The notes beneath the pieces are model-generated. The model searched no databases, was not told where the DNA came from, and saw nothing but the letters and a program-made list of their open reading frames with translations. A stretch of 64,000 nucleotides of DNA. Source: an uncultured delta proteobacterium (GTDB lineage: Bacteria; Desulfobacterota; Desulfobacteria; Desulfobacterales; UBA2156). Position 1 is the first letter of the stretch; each line of letters begins with the position of its first letter. Below, piece after piece: positions 29,690 through 40,703 of this stretch. The stretch lies in the NCBI GenBank assembly GCA_963736855.1, contig CAVTQK010000009.1, positions 192,001 through 256,000 of the forward strand, in the 5' to 3' direction. Made by a program: the position numbers and the translations under genes.

Positions 29690-30874
29690 TCAGCGCTCTA
29701 CCAGCGCCACCCGCCGGTTGTACCAGTTCATGAGAGCCGAAGTGGCCAGACTGAAAAAAAGGTAAACGACCATGATCAATGCAACCCCTTCGATGGATTG
29801 GCCTGTCTGGTTGATAGTGGTATTGGCTACGGAGACAAAGTCCGGAAAGCCGATAGCCACAGCCAACGAACTGTTTTTGGTCAGGTTAAGCATCTGGCTG
29901 GTCAAAGGCGGCAAGATGACTCTTAAAGCCTGGGGCAGGATCACCAGAGTCAATAACTGTCCGGATTTTAACCCGATGGACATGGCGGCTTCCCTCTGGC
30001 CTTTCCCTACTGATTGGATTCCGGCCCTCACCACCTCCGCCACGAACGCCGCCGTATAAAGAGTCAGCCCCATGAGCAACGCCATGAATTCCGGGCTCAA
30101 GGTCCATCCGCCTTCAAAATTGAAACCTGAGAGTCTAGGAATATTCATCTTCATGGGTGCGCCGAATGCCGACCAGACGATCAGCGGAAGGCCGATGATC
30201 ATCAGTACGGAGGATTTGAATACCGGAAAGAGCTTTCCTGTCATCTCCTGCCGCTTCCTGGCCCAGTGCCTCAGACAGAAAGATAGGAAGACGCCCAGAA
30301 TAAAAGCCGACAGCATATATAAATAGGCCGCGTGGAATTCAGGGACCGCGAACATGACGCCGCGATTGCACATAAATACACCGCGCATGGGATTCAGGGC
30401 TTGCCGCGGCGGAGGGAGGGATTCGTAAAAGATGGCATACCAGAAAAAGAGCTGGAGGAGGACAGGAATGTCCTGCATGACTTCGATGAAAGATCCGGCG
30501 AGCCTGGAAACCAGCCAGTTTTTCGACAGACGGGCAATCCCGATCAATGTCCCGAGAAAAATCGTCAGCACGATCCCGACGAAGGCCACCTTGACCGTGT
30601 TCAAGACTCCCGCCAACAAAGCCTTTGCGTAAGTGTCGGCGGCGGAATAGGAAATCAGGGATTCCCCGATTTCAAATGCCGACTCCTTTTTTAAAAAACC
30701 GAAACCGGTGGCGATATTCTGTTTTTCAAGATTGTTGAGAACATTGGAAATGAGGTACCAGGAAAGCAGTCCCACCAGGCATAACGTGCCGATCTGGGCC
30801 GCAACCGACCGCTTTTTCGGATCGAACCAGAAGGGAACGCTTTCAGGAGACATTCTATTTGTCATCCTGGCCAT
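29690..30874 (-). CDS. Amino acid ABC transporter permease (AapQ/BztB type)
   Basis: GIARLSKNWL, PEF.AL, GQREAA and KNSSLA motifs. Confidence 0.92.
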   Translation of the reverse strand: MARMTNRMSPESVPFWFDPKKRSVAAQIGTLCLVGLLSWYLISNVLNNLEKQNIATGFGFLKKESAFEIGESLISYSAADTYAKALLAGVLNTVKVAFVGIVLTIFLGTLIGIARLSKNWLVSRLAGSFIEVMQDIPVLLQLFFWYAIFYESLPPPRQALNPMRGVFMCNRGVMFAVPEFHAAYLYMLSAFILGVFLSFCLRHWARKRQEMTGKLFPVFKSSVLMIIGLPLIVWSAFGAPMKMNIPRLSGFNFEGGWTLSPEFMALLMGLTLYTAAFVAEVVRAGIQSVGKGQREAAMSIGLKSGQLLTLVILPQALRVILPPLTSQMLNLTKNSSLAVAIGFPDFVSVANTTINQTGQSIEGVALIMVVYLFFSLATSALMNWYNRRVALVER

Positions 30875-30908
30875 TTCTTAAAATCGGGTGATCAAACAAG
30901 AAGGATTT

Positions 30909-30941
30909 AGCCTGCCTCCATCCTTCTGATGGAAGCAGGCT
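30909..30941 (-). promoter_or_regulatory. Intercistronic hairpin after the binding-protein gene
   Basis: mRNA AGCCUGCUUCCAUC-AGAAG-GAUGGAGGCAGGCU, 14 bp; a typical stabiliser or partial terminator in ABC operons. Confidence 0.6.
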
Positions 30942-30992
30942 TTTGATCCAATCAACTCAGAAGATGCCCGGAAGGCACCCCCGGCTCATCGA

Positions 30993-32012
30993 TTATCTTA
31001 AGGGCGCGGCATACATTAGGCCGCCTGCCGTCCAGATGGCATTGAGTCCGCGCTCCAGTTTCAGCGGCGTATTGACACCCACGTTTCGCTCAAAGATCTC
31101 CCCATAGTTACCCACCTGCTTGATGATATTGTATGCCCAGTGCTCATCCAGCCCCAGGGCCTTGCCCAGGCCGGGCGTTACACCGAGAAAACGCTGGATT
31201 TCAGGATCATTGCTCTTGAGCATTTCATCGATGTTCTTGGAGGTGATGCCGAACTCTTCGGCCTGAATTAGCGCCATCACCGTCCAGTTGACGATGTCGA
31301 ACCACTGATCATCTCCATGACGAACCACAGGAGCAAGGGGTTCCTTTGAAATGATTTCCGGAAGCAATACATAATCATTCGGATTGGGAGCCACCGATCG
31401 CTGGGCAGCAAGCTGGGAGGCGTCGGAAGTGAGACAATCGCACCGGCCGGCAAAAAACGCCTTATTCAGTTCCGCGTTCTGCTCGATGACAACCGGTTTC
31501 CACTCCATCTTATTCTTTCGGAAAAAATCTGCTGCATTCAATTCGGTGGTTGTGCCCGGCAGAACGCAAACAGTGGCCCCCTTGAGTTCTTTGGCACTTT
31601 TTACACCCAGCTTTTTCGGGACTAAAAATCCTTGGCCGTCGTAATAAGTGACATGCACAAAGTTCAGTCCGTTAATGGTTTCCCGGGTAAGGGTCTGGGT
31701 GGTATTCCGGCACAGCACATCGATTTCCTTGGATTGAAGGGCAGGCAGACGCTGCACAGCGGTCATTGCCGCATACTTTACTTTCCCGGAATCTCCGAAA
31801 ACAGCAGCAGCAATGGCCTTGGCCGTGTCTACATCGAGTCCCTTCCAGACCCCCTTTTCATCGGGCATGCTGAAACCGAACACTCCGCCATTAACCCCGA
31901 CGATGAGATGCCCCCTGGCCTTGACCTCCTCCAGGGTACCCGAGTATGCCTGACCAGCGGTAAAAATCATTACCGCCAATCCCAAAACGAAAAAGAACGC
32001 CGATTTTCTCAT
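30993..32012 (-). CDS. General L-amino acid ABC transporter substrate-binding protein (AapJ/BztA type)
   Basis: Signal peptide; RNTT.T..R, YYDGQGF, SKEPL.P and GNYGE.F.RN motifs. Confidence 0.94.
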   Translation of the reverse strand: MRKSAFFFVLGLAVMIFTAGQAYSGTLEEVKARGHLIVGVNGGVFGFSMPDEKGVWKGLDVDTAKAIAAAVFGDSGKVKYAAMTAVQRLPALQSKEIDVLCRNTTQTLTRETINGLNFVHVTYYDGQGFLVPKKLGVKSAKELKGATVCVLPGTTTELNAADFFRKNKMEWKPVVIEQNAELNKAFFAGRCDCLTSDASQLAAQRSVAPNPNDYVLLPEIISKEPLAPVVRHGDDQWFDIVNWTVMALIQAEEFGITSKNIDEMLKSNDPEIQRFLGVTPGLGKALGLDEHWAYNIIKQVGNYGEIFERNVGVNTPLKLERGLNAIWTAGGLMYAAPLR

Positions 32013-32304
32013 GCTCCCTCCTCTTTTTTTGGGTTTTCATCCTGTTCCGCCCTCCTGCCTTTTCCTAACGGTCGATCTGTGAATTCTAATTCAGGCAACA
32101 TCTTTAAAAGATTCAGCCTGCGGTAAAGGAGTACGCAAGAGGGTGCTGTATATGCCTTCTATCAAAACCGATGGGAATTGACAATGTGAAATCCGGGTTC
32201 CGGTCGAATGCTTCACCACCGGAACGATTTAATCAAAGGAACTTCAAAGGATTCAGGTCGAGATACATGCCATGAGTGGAATTGAAAGGCTTTTCCGTCC
32301 GAGT

Positions 32305-33483
32305 TTAAATATAGCGATCCACCAGTTCGGTAATGAAGGCCTCCACTCCGACATCCCCTCCCTTGGTACGAAGATCGGCGACGAGATTTTGCAGCTTCCG
32401 ATAGGTATCCGGATCCCCCTTTAAATCGTCCATGGACTGGTAGGCGCCGCCCCTCCTTCCGATACGGTAGATCAAACGGTCTTCGCTCGGGAGGTCCTGG
32501 TACTTGGCGATGACCTCCAGCATCTTAGCTTTATCCTCCGGAAGCTTTCCGGAAACCTCTTCCAGCAGGTTCATGATGTGATCGCTGGTAACCGTGGAAG
32601 TGATGCCCTCCAATGCCTCGATGAAGCGTTTGATCTCTTCGGCCAACCCGTCGTCGGTCTGCATGGCAAATGTGCCGTCGGCCACTTTCTCATAAAGAGG
32701 CACATGACGAGGAATCCTGAGACTCCGCAGTCGGATAAAATGAGGGTTGATCCGGTTGAGGACATCAGCCGTGGCATCCGCGTGCTCCCGCCACATCTGT
32801 TGCCCGCCAAGCCCGGGCATCATATATTCCGAAAGCTCCATTCCGGCTTCGATCAGCTTCCTTCCCGCTTCCACATGTTGATCCGCATTTACCCCTTTTT
32901 TGATCAACTTCAATAAAGGGTCATATCCTGTCTCAAGACCGATATGTACCCGGTCCAGGCCGGCTTCCCGAATTTTTATCAAAGCCTCCACCGATTTTCG
33001 GATCACGGTTCGGGAACGGGAATAGGTGGTCACCCGGGTGATCTGGGGAAATCGATCCCGAAGAAATTCAAGGATATGGACCAGGTCGTCCGTTTTCATG
33101 ATCAGGTTGTCGGCATCCTGCAAGAAGCACGCGCCGGTGTTGTAGTACAGCCAGATGCCCACACTGCGGTAGCTGCTGCTGTATCCGCCGTTATTGAGAA
33201 TGGCGCTGACGACGGCGTCATTGACCTCCCCGCTGCATCCCATCCGCCAGGAAAGGGCACGGATGTCGTCGGCGATATCTTTTGCGATTTGGATATCCGC
33301 CCGGATCTCCTCCACGCTCCTTAAGGAAAACTTACGCCCTTTGTACACCGGACAAAAGAGGCACTGGTTCCACGGACAGTTGCGGGTCACCCGCAACAGC
33401 AGGCTCCTGGCTTCATTGGGAGGCCGGATGGGTCCCTGTTCGAATCTCAATTCCCTTCGATTTTTTTCCATGTCGTTTTCCAT
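32305..33483 (-). CDS. Radical SAM protein of unknown function
   Basis: PIRPPNEA..CPWNQCLFC (CxxxCxxC), GLETG and SDH..N motifs. Confidence 0.88.
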   Translation of the reverse strand: MENDMEKNRRELRFEQGPIRPPNEARSLLLRVTRNCPWNQCLFCPVYKGRKFSLRSVEEIRADIQIAKDIADDIRALSWRMGCSGEVNDAVVSAILNNGGYSSSYRSVGIWLYYNTGACFLQDADNLIMKTDDLVHILEFLRDRFPQITRVTTYSRSRTVIRKSVEALIKIREAGLDRVHIGLETGYDPLLKLIKKGVNADQHVEAGRKLIEAGMELSEYMMPGLGGQQMWREHADATADVLNRINPHFIRLRSLRIPRHVPLYEKVADGTFAMQTDDGLAEEIKRFIEALEGITSTVTSDHIMNLLEEVSGKLPEDKAKMLEVIAKYQDLPSEDRLIYRIGRRGGAYQSMDDLKGDPDTYRKLQNLVADLRTKGGDVGVEAFITELVDRYI

Positions 33484-33584
33484 ACCATTCTTATACCTCC
33501 TATACCTGATCGAAAAAATTGGTATGTGAGTAAAATCGAGATGCTTAACATTCCTTATATTAAAAATTGTTCCGGCAAGACCGA

Positions 33585-34790
33585 TCAGCAAATGAAGATT
33601 TCGATTGGCACCTTGCTGATAAGCCGGGATCCGTTTTTGGTAACCTGAAAAACACTCTCCACACCGGCTGCATAAGCATCCTGGAAAACGATTTTAGGCT
33701 CCAGGGCGAAGGTCATCCCCGGTTCCAGGACATCAGCCTTATCCTTGGCGATGATGGGAGGCTCAATGAGTTCAAGACCTATGCCGTGCCCGATGAAACG
33801 GACTTGATACCGCTGGGGTCCCAGATATTGATCTGCGAATCCCATCTTTTTCGCCAGATCCACCGAATGCTGAAAAAGCTCACCGGTGGTTACCCCCGGA
33901 TTTGCCCTTTCTAAAACTGCGTCATGAATCTCGATGACGGCGCGGCAAGCTTTTTCTGCTGATTTGGGCATTGAACCGATGGCGAACATACGCGTCTCAT
34001 CCATGTGATAACCGTTCAAAATCGAACCCAGATCCACCATAATCGGCTCTCCCGGAGACAAAAGCTTGCTTCCCGCCCCGGATGGAAAAGCGGCCGAAGT
34101 CCCCTCTCCGCTGGTGGAAGCGTCCAGGACTCCCGGCATGCCGCCGTTTTTTCCGCTGAGCACATGCCACGGATAGGCACCGCCGCTTTGGAATTTTCGA
34201 TCCCGCAGCATACCGCCGTGGCCAAGCTTGCGGGCAAACGTTTCATACATGCCGGCAAACTCCATCTCGGAAATCCCCGGCCGTATGACGGAACGCATGT
34301 ATTCAAAGGTCCGCCGGCTCATTTCGGCCGTATTTTCCATCTGCTCGATCTCCCACGGAGATTTGATGTTTCTGACCCTCAGGATCAAGGGCGATGCATC
34401 CATAATCCGTTTTGCCGGTAGCAGACCCTGATAAAATTCAAAATCCCTTACCGGAAGCACGTCCAGCTCGAGACCCATTACTGCAGGGAGATGGCCGAAG
34501 GCATCCCGGATCAGTTCAGGCACCGATCTTACGGAAGGAATCTCAAAAATATGGTGTATGGAAGATTCTTTTTTTGCCCGGGGAAAATAACGCTTGATCA
34601 TCAAAAGAGGCTCCCCTGTCTGAGGAATGTAAAGGAATCCGTTTTGCGCGGTACCCGAAAAGTAGAAAAGATCGACCCGCTGGATGATTAATATCCCCTC
34701 GATTTCGGATAAAGCCATCTCTTTTTGGATGGTCTTGATCCGGTTTTCGACTTCGCTGTCCGGTACCCGAAATGTCTCCGTTTGGGTCAC
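33585..34790 (-). CDS. M24 family Xaa-Pro peptidase
   Basis: Creatinase-like N-domain; VD.G....GYH.D.TR, GHGIGLE and EPK motifs. Confidence 0.9.
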   Translation of the reverse strand: MTQTETFRVPDSEVENRIKTIQKEMALSEIEGILIIQRVDLFYFSGTAQNGFLYIPQTGEPLLMIKRYFPRAKKESSIHHIFEIPSVRSVPELIRDAFGHLPAVMGLELDVLPVRDFEFYQGLLPAKRIMDASPLILRVRNIKSPWEIEQMENTAEMSRRTFEYMRSVIRPGISEMEFAGMYETFARKLGHGGMLRDRKFQSGGAYPWHVLSGKNGGMPGVLDASTSGEGTSAAFPSGAGSKLLSPGEPIMVDLGSILNGYHMDETRMFAIGSMPKSAEKACRAVIEIHDAVLERANPGVTTGELFQHSVDLAKKMGFADQYLGPQRYQVRFIGHGIGLELIEPPIIAKDKADVLEPGMTFALEPKIVFQDAYAAGVESVFQVTKNGSRLISKVPIEIFIC

Positions 34791-34994
34791 GGTCGATCAA
34801 TCCCCTTAACGATTTTTACCGCAGGACTTTACCCCCATCTGCGAGCCATTATTTGCCAAGTACAAAAAACGATTCTCTTTTGCTCGGGGTATCCGCTTCG
34901 GGGATGCCTTATGGAAACTCTGCCGAGGCAATCTGTCCTTTTTGCACGGCTCCAACCCCGGGATTTTTTAAACGGGATCGCTCCCGGGAAACGG

Positions 34995-35417
34995 TTACAA
35001 AAAAGGAATCGGCTTCCCGGTTCGATACAGCAAGGCCTGGCAGGTCGCAACAAGGGCCTTGGTCGAATCCGTCACGTTGATTTGATAAATGGCGGTCTTC
35101 TTTGTCCGGCCGACTTCGCGTGCCTCTGCCCTCAACCGAGTTCCGGAAGGAGGGCTGGAGATGTATGTCACATTGACATTGAGGGCCACACCGATGGTCC
35201 CATCCCATTGACCCACGGTCTGAAACGCCTCATCGATGAGGGCAAAAATGGCGCCGCCGTGCATACGATCGTATATATTGTTCATCTTTTCCGGATCAAA
35301 GACCATTTCGACCGCGGAAAACCCTTCCTCCAATTCAACCAATCGGATATTCAGGGTTCTGGCAAAAGGTTCCGATGACACCCTTTGGAAAATAGCCTTT
35401 TTGACTGTCGGATCCAT
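34995..35417 (-). CDS. PaaI/hotdog-fold thioesterase
   Basis: N....HGGAIFALID motif. Confidence 0.9.
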   Translation of the reverse strand: MDPTVKKAIFQRVSSEPFARTLNIRLVELEEGFSAVEMVFDPEKMNNIYDRMHGGAIFALIDEAFQTVGQWDGTIGVALNVNVTYISSPPSGTRLRAEAREVGRTKKTAIYQINVTDSTKALVATCQALLYRTGKPIPFL

Positions 35418-35434
35418 TGACGGTCCTCGTTTCT

Positions 35435-35674
35435 TTATCCGGTTTTCCCGAAGACTCCCCCGCTCTCCACCTCGGCGATACAGGCCATGAAATCCTCAGC
35501 AAAGGCGTCCTGGATCTGTTCTTCTCTCCCAAATTCCGAGACTTCGGTGGCCACGTTTTTCCCGATTCCGTATGTTACATTCCATCCCTTCTTGCGGAGC
35601 AATTCAATGACTTTTTCGGTCTGCTCTCGAGTGGCATCGCCCCCTATATTTTGCGGTGCAATGAAAAATTTCAC
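35435..35674 (-). CDS. Hypothetical protein (79 aa)
   Basis: AAAGGA RBS and GTG start; co-oriented with the paaI run; globular composition. Confidence 0.6.
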   Translation of the reverse strand: MKFFIAPQNIGGDATREQTEKVIELLRKKGWNVTYGIGKNVATEVSEFGREEQIQDAFAEDFMACIAEVESGGVFGKTG

Positions 35675-35728
35675 CTTAGATTCCTTTCTGTGTATGTGGC
35701 TTTTAACTGATAATTTTGATACAACGAC

Positions 35729-36025
35729 TCAGGCCACATCCGGCGGAGAGTCGTTTCGTTCTTTAGGCTTGCAAGCTTTTTCTTCGGTGTCACTTTTCAG
35801 ATAATCGTACCAGCTGCCGGTATAGCTGCATTGGATGATCTCCCTGATTTTTTTGATGAGGTAGGCGTTGGTTTCTGCTTCACCATCCTGCCGCAACCGG
35901 AAGGCAATGAGTCTCTGGAGGTTTTTATCCTCCCGCTGTCTGTCCGGTACCATTCTCATGGTCCTTTGAAGAATGGCTTGAAACGGCCCGTCCTGCTCCT
36001 CAATGGCGATGATTTTAGCTACCAT
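35729..36025 (-). CDS. Hypothetical protein (98 aa)
   Basis: G-rich RBS before ATG; first gene of the minus-strand run. Confidence 0.65.
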   Translation of the reverse strand: MVAKIIAIEEQDGPFQAILQRTMRMVPDRQREDKNLQRLIAFRLRQDGEAETNAYLIKKIREIIQCSYTGSWYDYLKSDTEEKACKPKERNDSPPDVA

Positions 36026-36337
36026 GGCCCCCCCTTTCCAAGATGCATTCAGTGATAAATAATAATGCGTCTCTTTCCTTCTGGCAAATAAAAATGCCTC
36101 ACCCCGGGATCCCTACGGATTTTAAATAGGATTTGTAATCCTGAAACCCGTAAATCCGATCATTAAATTTAAGCATGATCCTGGCTTCCTGACGGATTGA
36201 ATATCTCTTTTTCCTGTGTTAAAAACCGGTGCAAAGGTGGTTGCCGCTGGGATTAAAGTGATCGATAAGATCCGACCCGCTTGGTGGATCTTGACAACCG
36301 CCTTTATTTTTGGATCTCAACGAATGGGAATGACCCC

Positions 36338-37582
36338 GTGACTCTCAGAACCTCAAACATCCATTCAATCGATAACCCGACAAAGGCCTCGGACCAGAAC
36401 TCCCGTCTGAAGTTACAGATCGGTGTCGCCACCCTGTGCAGGCTGACGCTGAACACGGCGCGCCGTTTTGCCTATCCTTTCGCGCCTTCAATCAGTCAGG
36501 GTTTGGGGGTTCCCTTATTCGCCGTCACTTCCCTCATCGCCATCAATCAGGGAACCGGACTCCTGGGGCTTTTCTTTGGTCCTTTTGGAGATCGTTTAGG
36601 ATATCGCCGTATGATGCTCGCAGGCCTGGCAGCCCTTTCCATAGGGATGCTCGCCGGAGGCTTCATCCCGATCTACACGGTTGCCATCGCATCCTTCTTC
36701 CTGGCCGGACTCGGGAAAAGCGTTTATGACCCGGCTATTCAAGCTCTGGTGGGCCTCCGGGTTCCTTACTCCCGGAGGGGATGGGCTATCGGGATCATTG
36801 AGATGAGTTGGGCAGGGAGTTCTCTCTTGGGAATCCCCGCCATCGGCTTTCTGCTCAACCATGCCGGCTGGAGGGCTCCATTTTTTGTTCTGGGCGCTTT
36901 GGGTATCATGGGTTTTCTCGCCCTTATCGCCTTGCTTCCGGCAGATAGAAAACCGGATGGTTATTTTCATGGACCATCCGGGTTTTTTCGTTCGTGGGTC
37001 GTGTTGCTGCGGAAAAGACGTGCACTGGGAGCCGTGACCTACTCATTTCTATTGAGTGTGGCCTACGACAATTTCTTCGTGGCCTATGGATTGTGGTTGG
37101 AAGGCGCCTTTGATTTAGGGGTTGCCGCCATCGGGTCGGCTACCATCACCATCGGCATTGCCGAGTTTCTCGGAGAAGGACTCACGGCCACACTCGCGGA
37201 TCGATTGGGTCTTTTCCGATCCGTCTTTTCGGGCATTATCGTGTCGAGTCTGTGCTTTCTGTCATTCCCCTTTGTCGGCAAAAACCTGGTTTTCGGACTG
37301 GTCCTCCTCTTCTTTCTCTTTCTGTCGCTGGAGTTTGCCATTGTCTCTTCCATGTCTCTTTTCACCGAGTTTTTCCCGGAAAGCCGGGTTTCCATGATGT
37401 CCGCCTTCTTTGCGGCGGCCAGTCTGGGACGGGTTCTAGGAGCAATGATCGGTATTCCGGTCTGGGTTTTTTCGGGTGTTTCCGGAACAACCGGGGTGTC
37501 GGCCTTATTCCTTTTGGGATCCATGGGAATTTTAGGGTGGGGTGTTCGGGGATGGAAACCCGGAGCAGGACAACGGGCTTAG
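36338..37582 (+). CDS. MFS transporter
   Basis: About 12 TM segments; motif A copies GPFGDRLGYRR and LADRLG. Start uncertain (36281-36338). Confidence 0.88.
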   Translation: MTLRTSNIHSIDNPTKASDQNSRLKLQIGVATLCRLTLNTARRFAYPFAPSISQGLGVPLFAVTSLIAINQGTGLLGLFFGPFGDRLGYRRMMLAGLAALSIGMLAGGFIPIYTVAIASFFLAGLGKSVYDPAIQALVGLRVPYSRRGWAIGIIEMSWAGSSLLGIPAIGFLLNHAGWRAPFFVLGALGIMGFLALIALLPADRKPDGYFHGPSGFFRSWVVLLRKRRALGAVTYSFLLSVAYDNFFVAYGLWLEGAFDLGVAAIGSATITIGIAEFLGEGLTATLADRLGLFRSVFSGIIVSSLCFLSFPFVGKNLVFGLVLLFFLFLSLEFAIVSSMSLFTEFFPESRVSMMSAFFAAASLGRVLGAMIGIPVWVFSGVSGTTGVSALFLLGSMGILGWGVRGWKPGAGQRA

Positions 37583-37661
37583 TGGTTCAAGATCCGGACC
37601 GGACCTAATTCCCGGCGCTTCAGCAAATCGAAAAAACCGACAGAGAGAAACTCCGGCGGGC

Positions 37662-38861
37662 TCACCCCTTCAACACCGAAGCGATGCGCTTTAAAGCCCA
37701 GTCGATTTCCGACCGGGTGATGACAAGGGGCGGCGTCAAACGGATCACGTCCTGGTGGGTTTCTTTGCAAAGAAGCCCTTTTTGCATCAGGGCCTCGCAG
37801 AAACGACGAGCCCCGCCTGCTGTTTTATGCAGCTCCACCCCGATCATGAGTCCTCTTCCCCGTACTTCTCTGACAAACGGGCTGTGAATCGCCTTAAGCC
37901 CTGCCATGAAATATTTGCCCATCTCTTGCGCGTTTTCGATCATCTTTTCTTTCATCAGCACCCGGACGGCGGTGCGGGCCACGGCGCAGGCCAGGGGGTT
38001 TCCTCCGAAGGTACTTCCGTGATCCCCCGGCAAAAAGACGCCCAGAACTTCCATGTTGGATAACACCGCAGAGATCGGATAGAAGCCTCCCGAAAGGGCC
38101 TTCCCCACCAGGGTGACGTCCGCTTCGATCCCTTCGTGTTCCTCAGCCAGAAGCTTTCCGGTGCGCCCCAAACCGGTTTGAATCTCATCCAGGATCATGA
38201 CCACGTTGTGCGCGCTGCAGATCTGCCGCACCTTTTTCAGGTAGCCGTCGGGCGGCACAATCACGCCTCCTTCTCCCTGGATCGGTTCCGCCATGAAAGC
38301 CACCGTATGGGGGGTGATGGCCTTCTCGAGGGCAGCGGCATCCCCGAAAGGGATGACCTGAAAACCGGGAGTAAAGGGACCGAATCCTTCCCGGTACTGG
38401 GGCTCGGTGCTGAAGGAAACGATGCCGATGGTTCGGCCGTGAAAATTATTTTTACAGACGATGATCCGGGACTTGTTCTTTGGAACGCCTTTGACTTGGT
38501 ATCCCCATTTGCGCACCGCCTTGATGACGGTCTCCACCGCCTCGGCGCCGCTGTTCATGGGAAGCGCCTTGTGAGAACGGGTCAGCTCGCAGATTTCCTT
38601 GAAAAACGGGCCCAACTGATCGTTTCGAAAGGCCCGGGAAGTCAACGTCAGTTTCTGCATCTGCGCTTTTGCCGCAGCCAGGATCTCCGGATGGCAATGC
38701 CCCTGGTTGACCGCCGAATAGGAAGCCAAGCAATCCAGGTAGCGTTTTTTATTAACGTCCCACACCCAGATCCCCTTTCCTCTTTGCAAAACCACATCCA
38801 GGGGCTTGTAGTTGTGGGCGCCATATCGATTTTCCAGCGCAATATATTCTTCGGGTCTCAT
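37662..38861 (-). CDS. rocD: Ornithine-oxo-acid aminotransferase
   Basis: [39 protein letters not shown] and [10 protein letters not shown] motifs. Confidence 0.93.
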   Translation of the reverse strand: MRPEEYIALENRYGAHNYKPLDVVLQRGKGIWVWDVNKKRYLDCLASYSAVNQGHCHPEILAAAKAQMQKLTLTSRAFRNDQLGPFFKEICELTRSHKALPMNSGAEAVETVIKAVRKWGYQVKGVPKNKSRIIVCKNNFHGRTIGIVSFSTEPQYREGFGPFTPGFQVIPFGDAAALEKAITPHTVAFMAEPIQGEGGVIVPPDGYLKKVRQICSAHNVVMILDEIQTGLGRTGKLLAEEHEGIEADVTLVGKALSGGFYPISAVLSNMEVLGVFLPGDHGSTFGGNPLACAVARTAVRVLMKEKMIENAQEMGKYFMAGLKAIHSPFVREVRGRGLMIGVELHKTAGGARRFCEALMQKGLLCKETHQDVIRLTPPLVITRSEIDWALKRIASVLKG

Positions 38862-39065
38862 GGACTCAATCTCCTTGTCTATCCTTCGGCACGAATTTTC
38901 CCGGCTTTAGGAAATCGGGTTTCCGGGTTTTCGATATGTCTTTTTTGAAAATATCCCCTTTGATGAAAGACTGTTGTTTCCGGATGATGGCTTTTCTCTT
39001 TAAATCTCCGTATTTTCCAAATCGACCGCCCATAGCAATTCCGTCATCGATTCTCCGGACAAGCC

Positions 39066-39566
39066 TTATCCCGCATGAGTCCCGCAAAAGGGTGACCGTT
39101 TCTCCAGAGTGAGGCGTTTTTCATCGGTCAAAGCCGAATCCGGTATGTAGGGCACCTTTGTGTGGCTATCCCTTTTTTTGATCATCAACCAGTTCTTGGG
39201 GTCTTTTCCTTTCATCCGCACCAGGGAAAATCCACCCTTGAGACGCTTTCCCTCCAGCGAGATGACGAGCTTGCCGTTTTCCAGGGCATGGAGGAGATCT
39301 CGGTCTTCCATGAGGGTGTAGGTACCGAAGTCCCAAACTACTACGATACCGGCGCCGTATTCACCCTCCGGAATAATCCCTTCGAAATCGATATACTCGA
39401 GCGGGTGATCCTCCACCTGGACGGCCAACCGTTTATCCGCCGGATTTAAGGAAGGTCCCTTGGGAACCGCCCAGGACTTGAGAACTCCCCCCATCTCCAG
39501 GCGAAAATCCCAATGGAGTTGCCTTGCATGATGCTCATGTACGACAAAACGACGATTATTTTTCAC
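39066..39566 (-). CDS. Stand-alone LigD-type 3'-phosphoesterase (PE) domain protein
   Basis: [40 protein letters not shown]...YGAG motifs. Confidence 0.9.
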   Translation of the reverse strand: MKNNRRFVVHEHHARQLHWDFRLEMGGVLKSWAVPKGPSLNPADKRLAVQVEDHPLEYIDFEGIIPEGEYGAGIVVVWDFGTYTLMEDRDLLHALENGKLVISLEGKRLKGGFSLVRMKGKDPKNWLMIKKRDSHTKVPYIPDSALTDEKRLTLEKRSPFCGTHAG

Positions 39567-39676
39567 ATCGATTCCTTCGCGTCAGACAGTCTTTTTGTCT
39601 TTAATTTCACGATCACCCATGAGATACTCTTACCACAAAAAGGTCGGTTTTTCCATCTCATAACGGAGGTTCCTGT

Positions 39677-40663
39677 ATGAACATTTTCTTCCAAACACCC
39701 CTGAGTTCCAGGTGGATCGAAGCAATGGAAACAATCCGAAAGGAATTTCCGGAAGTGTCCCTTGCGGTTGACGACGCAGAAGGAAGGATGAATCTGAAGC
39801 ATGCCGATGCATGGGTTGCCGGACAGCTTTCGGTCTCCACGGATGATCTTCAGGCCGCCAACAATCTTAAGATTATCTTTGCCCCTTATGCCGGTGTGGA
39901 TATTTTGCCTGTTGCCGAAATCCAAAAACGTCGGATCCGTATTGCCAATGTCCATGTCAATGCGCCTTTTGTAGCGGAACGCGCCATCGCCATGGCTCTG
40001 GCTTTTTATGGAAAGATCATCGATTATCATAATGATCTAAAGCGTTCTATATGGCACGGATACTGGGCCGGCTCCGGTATCAAAGACACCTGGAATTCCA
40101 TCCGAGGAAGAAGCTGTGCCGTCATCGGCGCCGGAGAGATCGGAAAAGCGATTGCACGGCACCTGAAGCTCTTCGGTTGCCCGGTCTTCGGATTTAAAAA
40201 ACATGCTAAAAACGAATCGTTGGAAAACTTTGACGCCATTACCATGGATCTTTGGGAGGCTCTTCGAAAAAGCGAGCTGGTCTTTGTTTGCCTCCCGTTG
40301 ACTCGCGAAACCCGTGGGATCATCGGGGAATCGATCCTTAAGAAAATGTCCGGGAAATTTATCGTCAACGTGGGCCGGGGAGATCTGATCGAAGAAAAGG
40401 CTTTTTTTGAATCTTTAAAGGATGGCATTCTAAAAGGAGCGGCCATCGACGCATGGTATGCCTACCCACAGCCTGGAAATCCGAAGATGCCCCCTTCAAG
40501 ATACCCTTTCCACGAGCTTCCCAACGCGGTCCTTTCTCCCCACATTGCCGGATTCACACCGGAGTCTGCGGCACTGAATATCAAGGCGACCATCGAAAAT
40601 ATCCGCGCTTATCTCACAACCGGCCACCCCCGAACTGAAGTGGACCTGGACGCTATGTACTGA
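39677..40663 (+). CDS. D-isomer specific 2-hydroxyacid dehydrogenase
   Basis: GAGEIG, LPLT..T, NVGRG and SPHIAG motifs. Confidence 0.9.
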   Translation: MNIFFQTPLSSRWIEAMETIRKEFPEVSLAVDDAEGRMNLKHADAWVAGQLSVSTDDLQAANNLKIIFAPYAGVDILPVAEIQKRRIRIANVHVNAPFVAERAIAMALAFYGKIIDYHNDLKRSIWHGYWAGSGIKDTWNSIRGRSCAVIGAGEIGKAIARHLKLFGCPVFGFKKHAKNESLENFDAITMDLWEALRKSELVFVCLPLTRETRGIIGESILKKMSGKFIVNVGRGDLIEEKAFFESLKDGILKGAAIDAWYAYPQPGNPKMPPSRYPFHELPNAVLSPHIAGFTPESAALNIKATIENIRAYLTTGHPRTEVDLDAMY

Positions 40664-40703
40664 TTCGGCATTCCGGGTATGCCTTGCAATTGTCAGAGGA
40701 ACC

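Noticed and set aside
32130..32155. sigma54 promoter upstream of the amino-acid binding protein
   Set aside because: CAGCAC-N4-TTGC lacks the invariant GG at -24.
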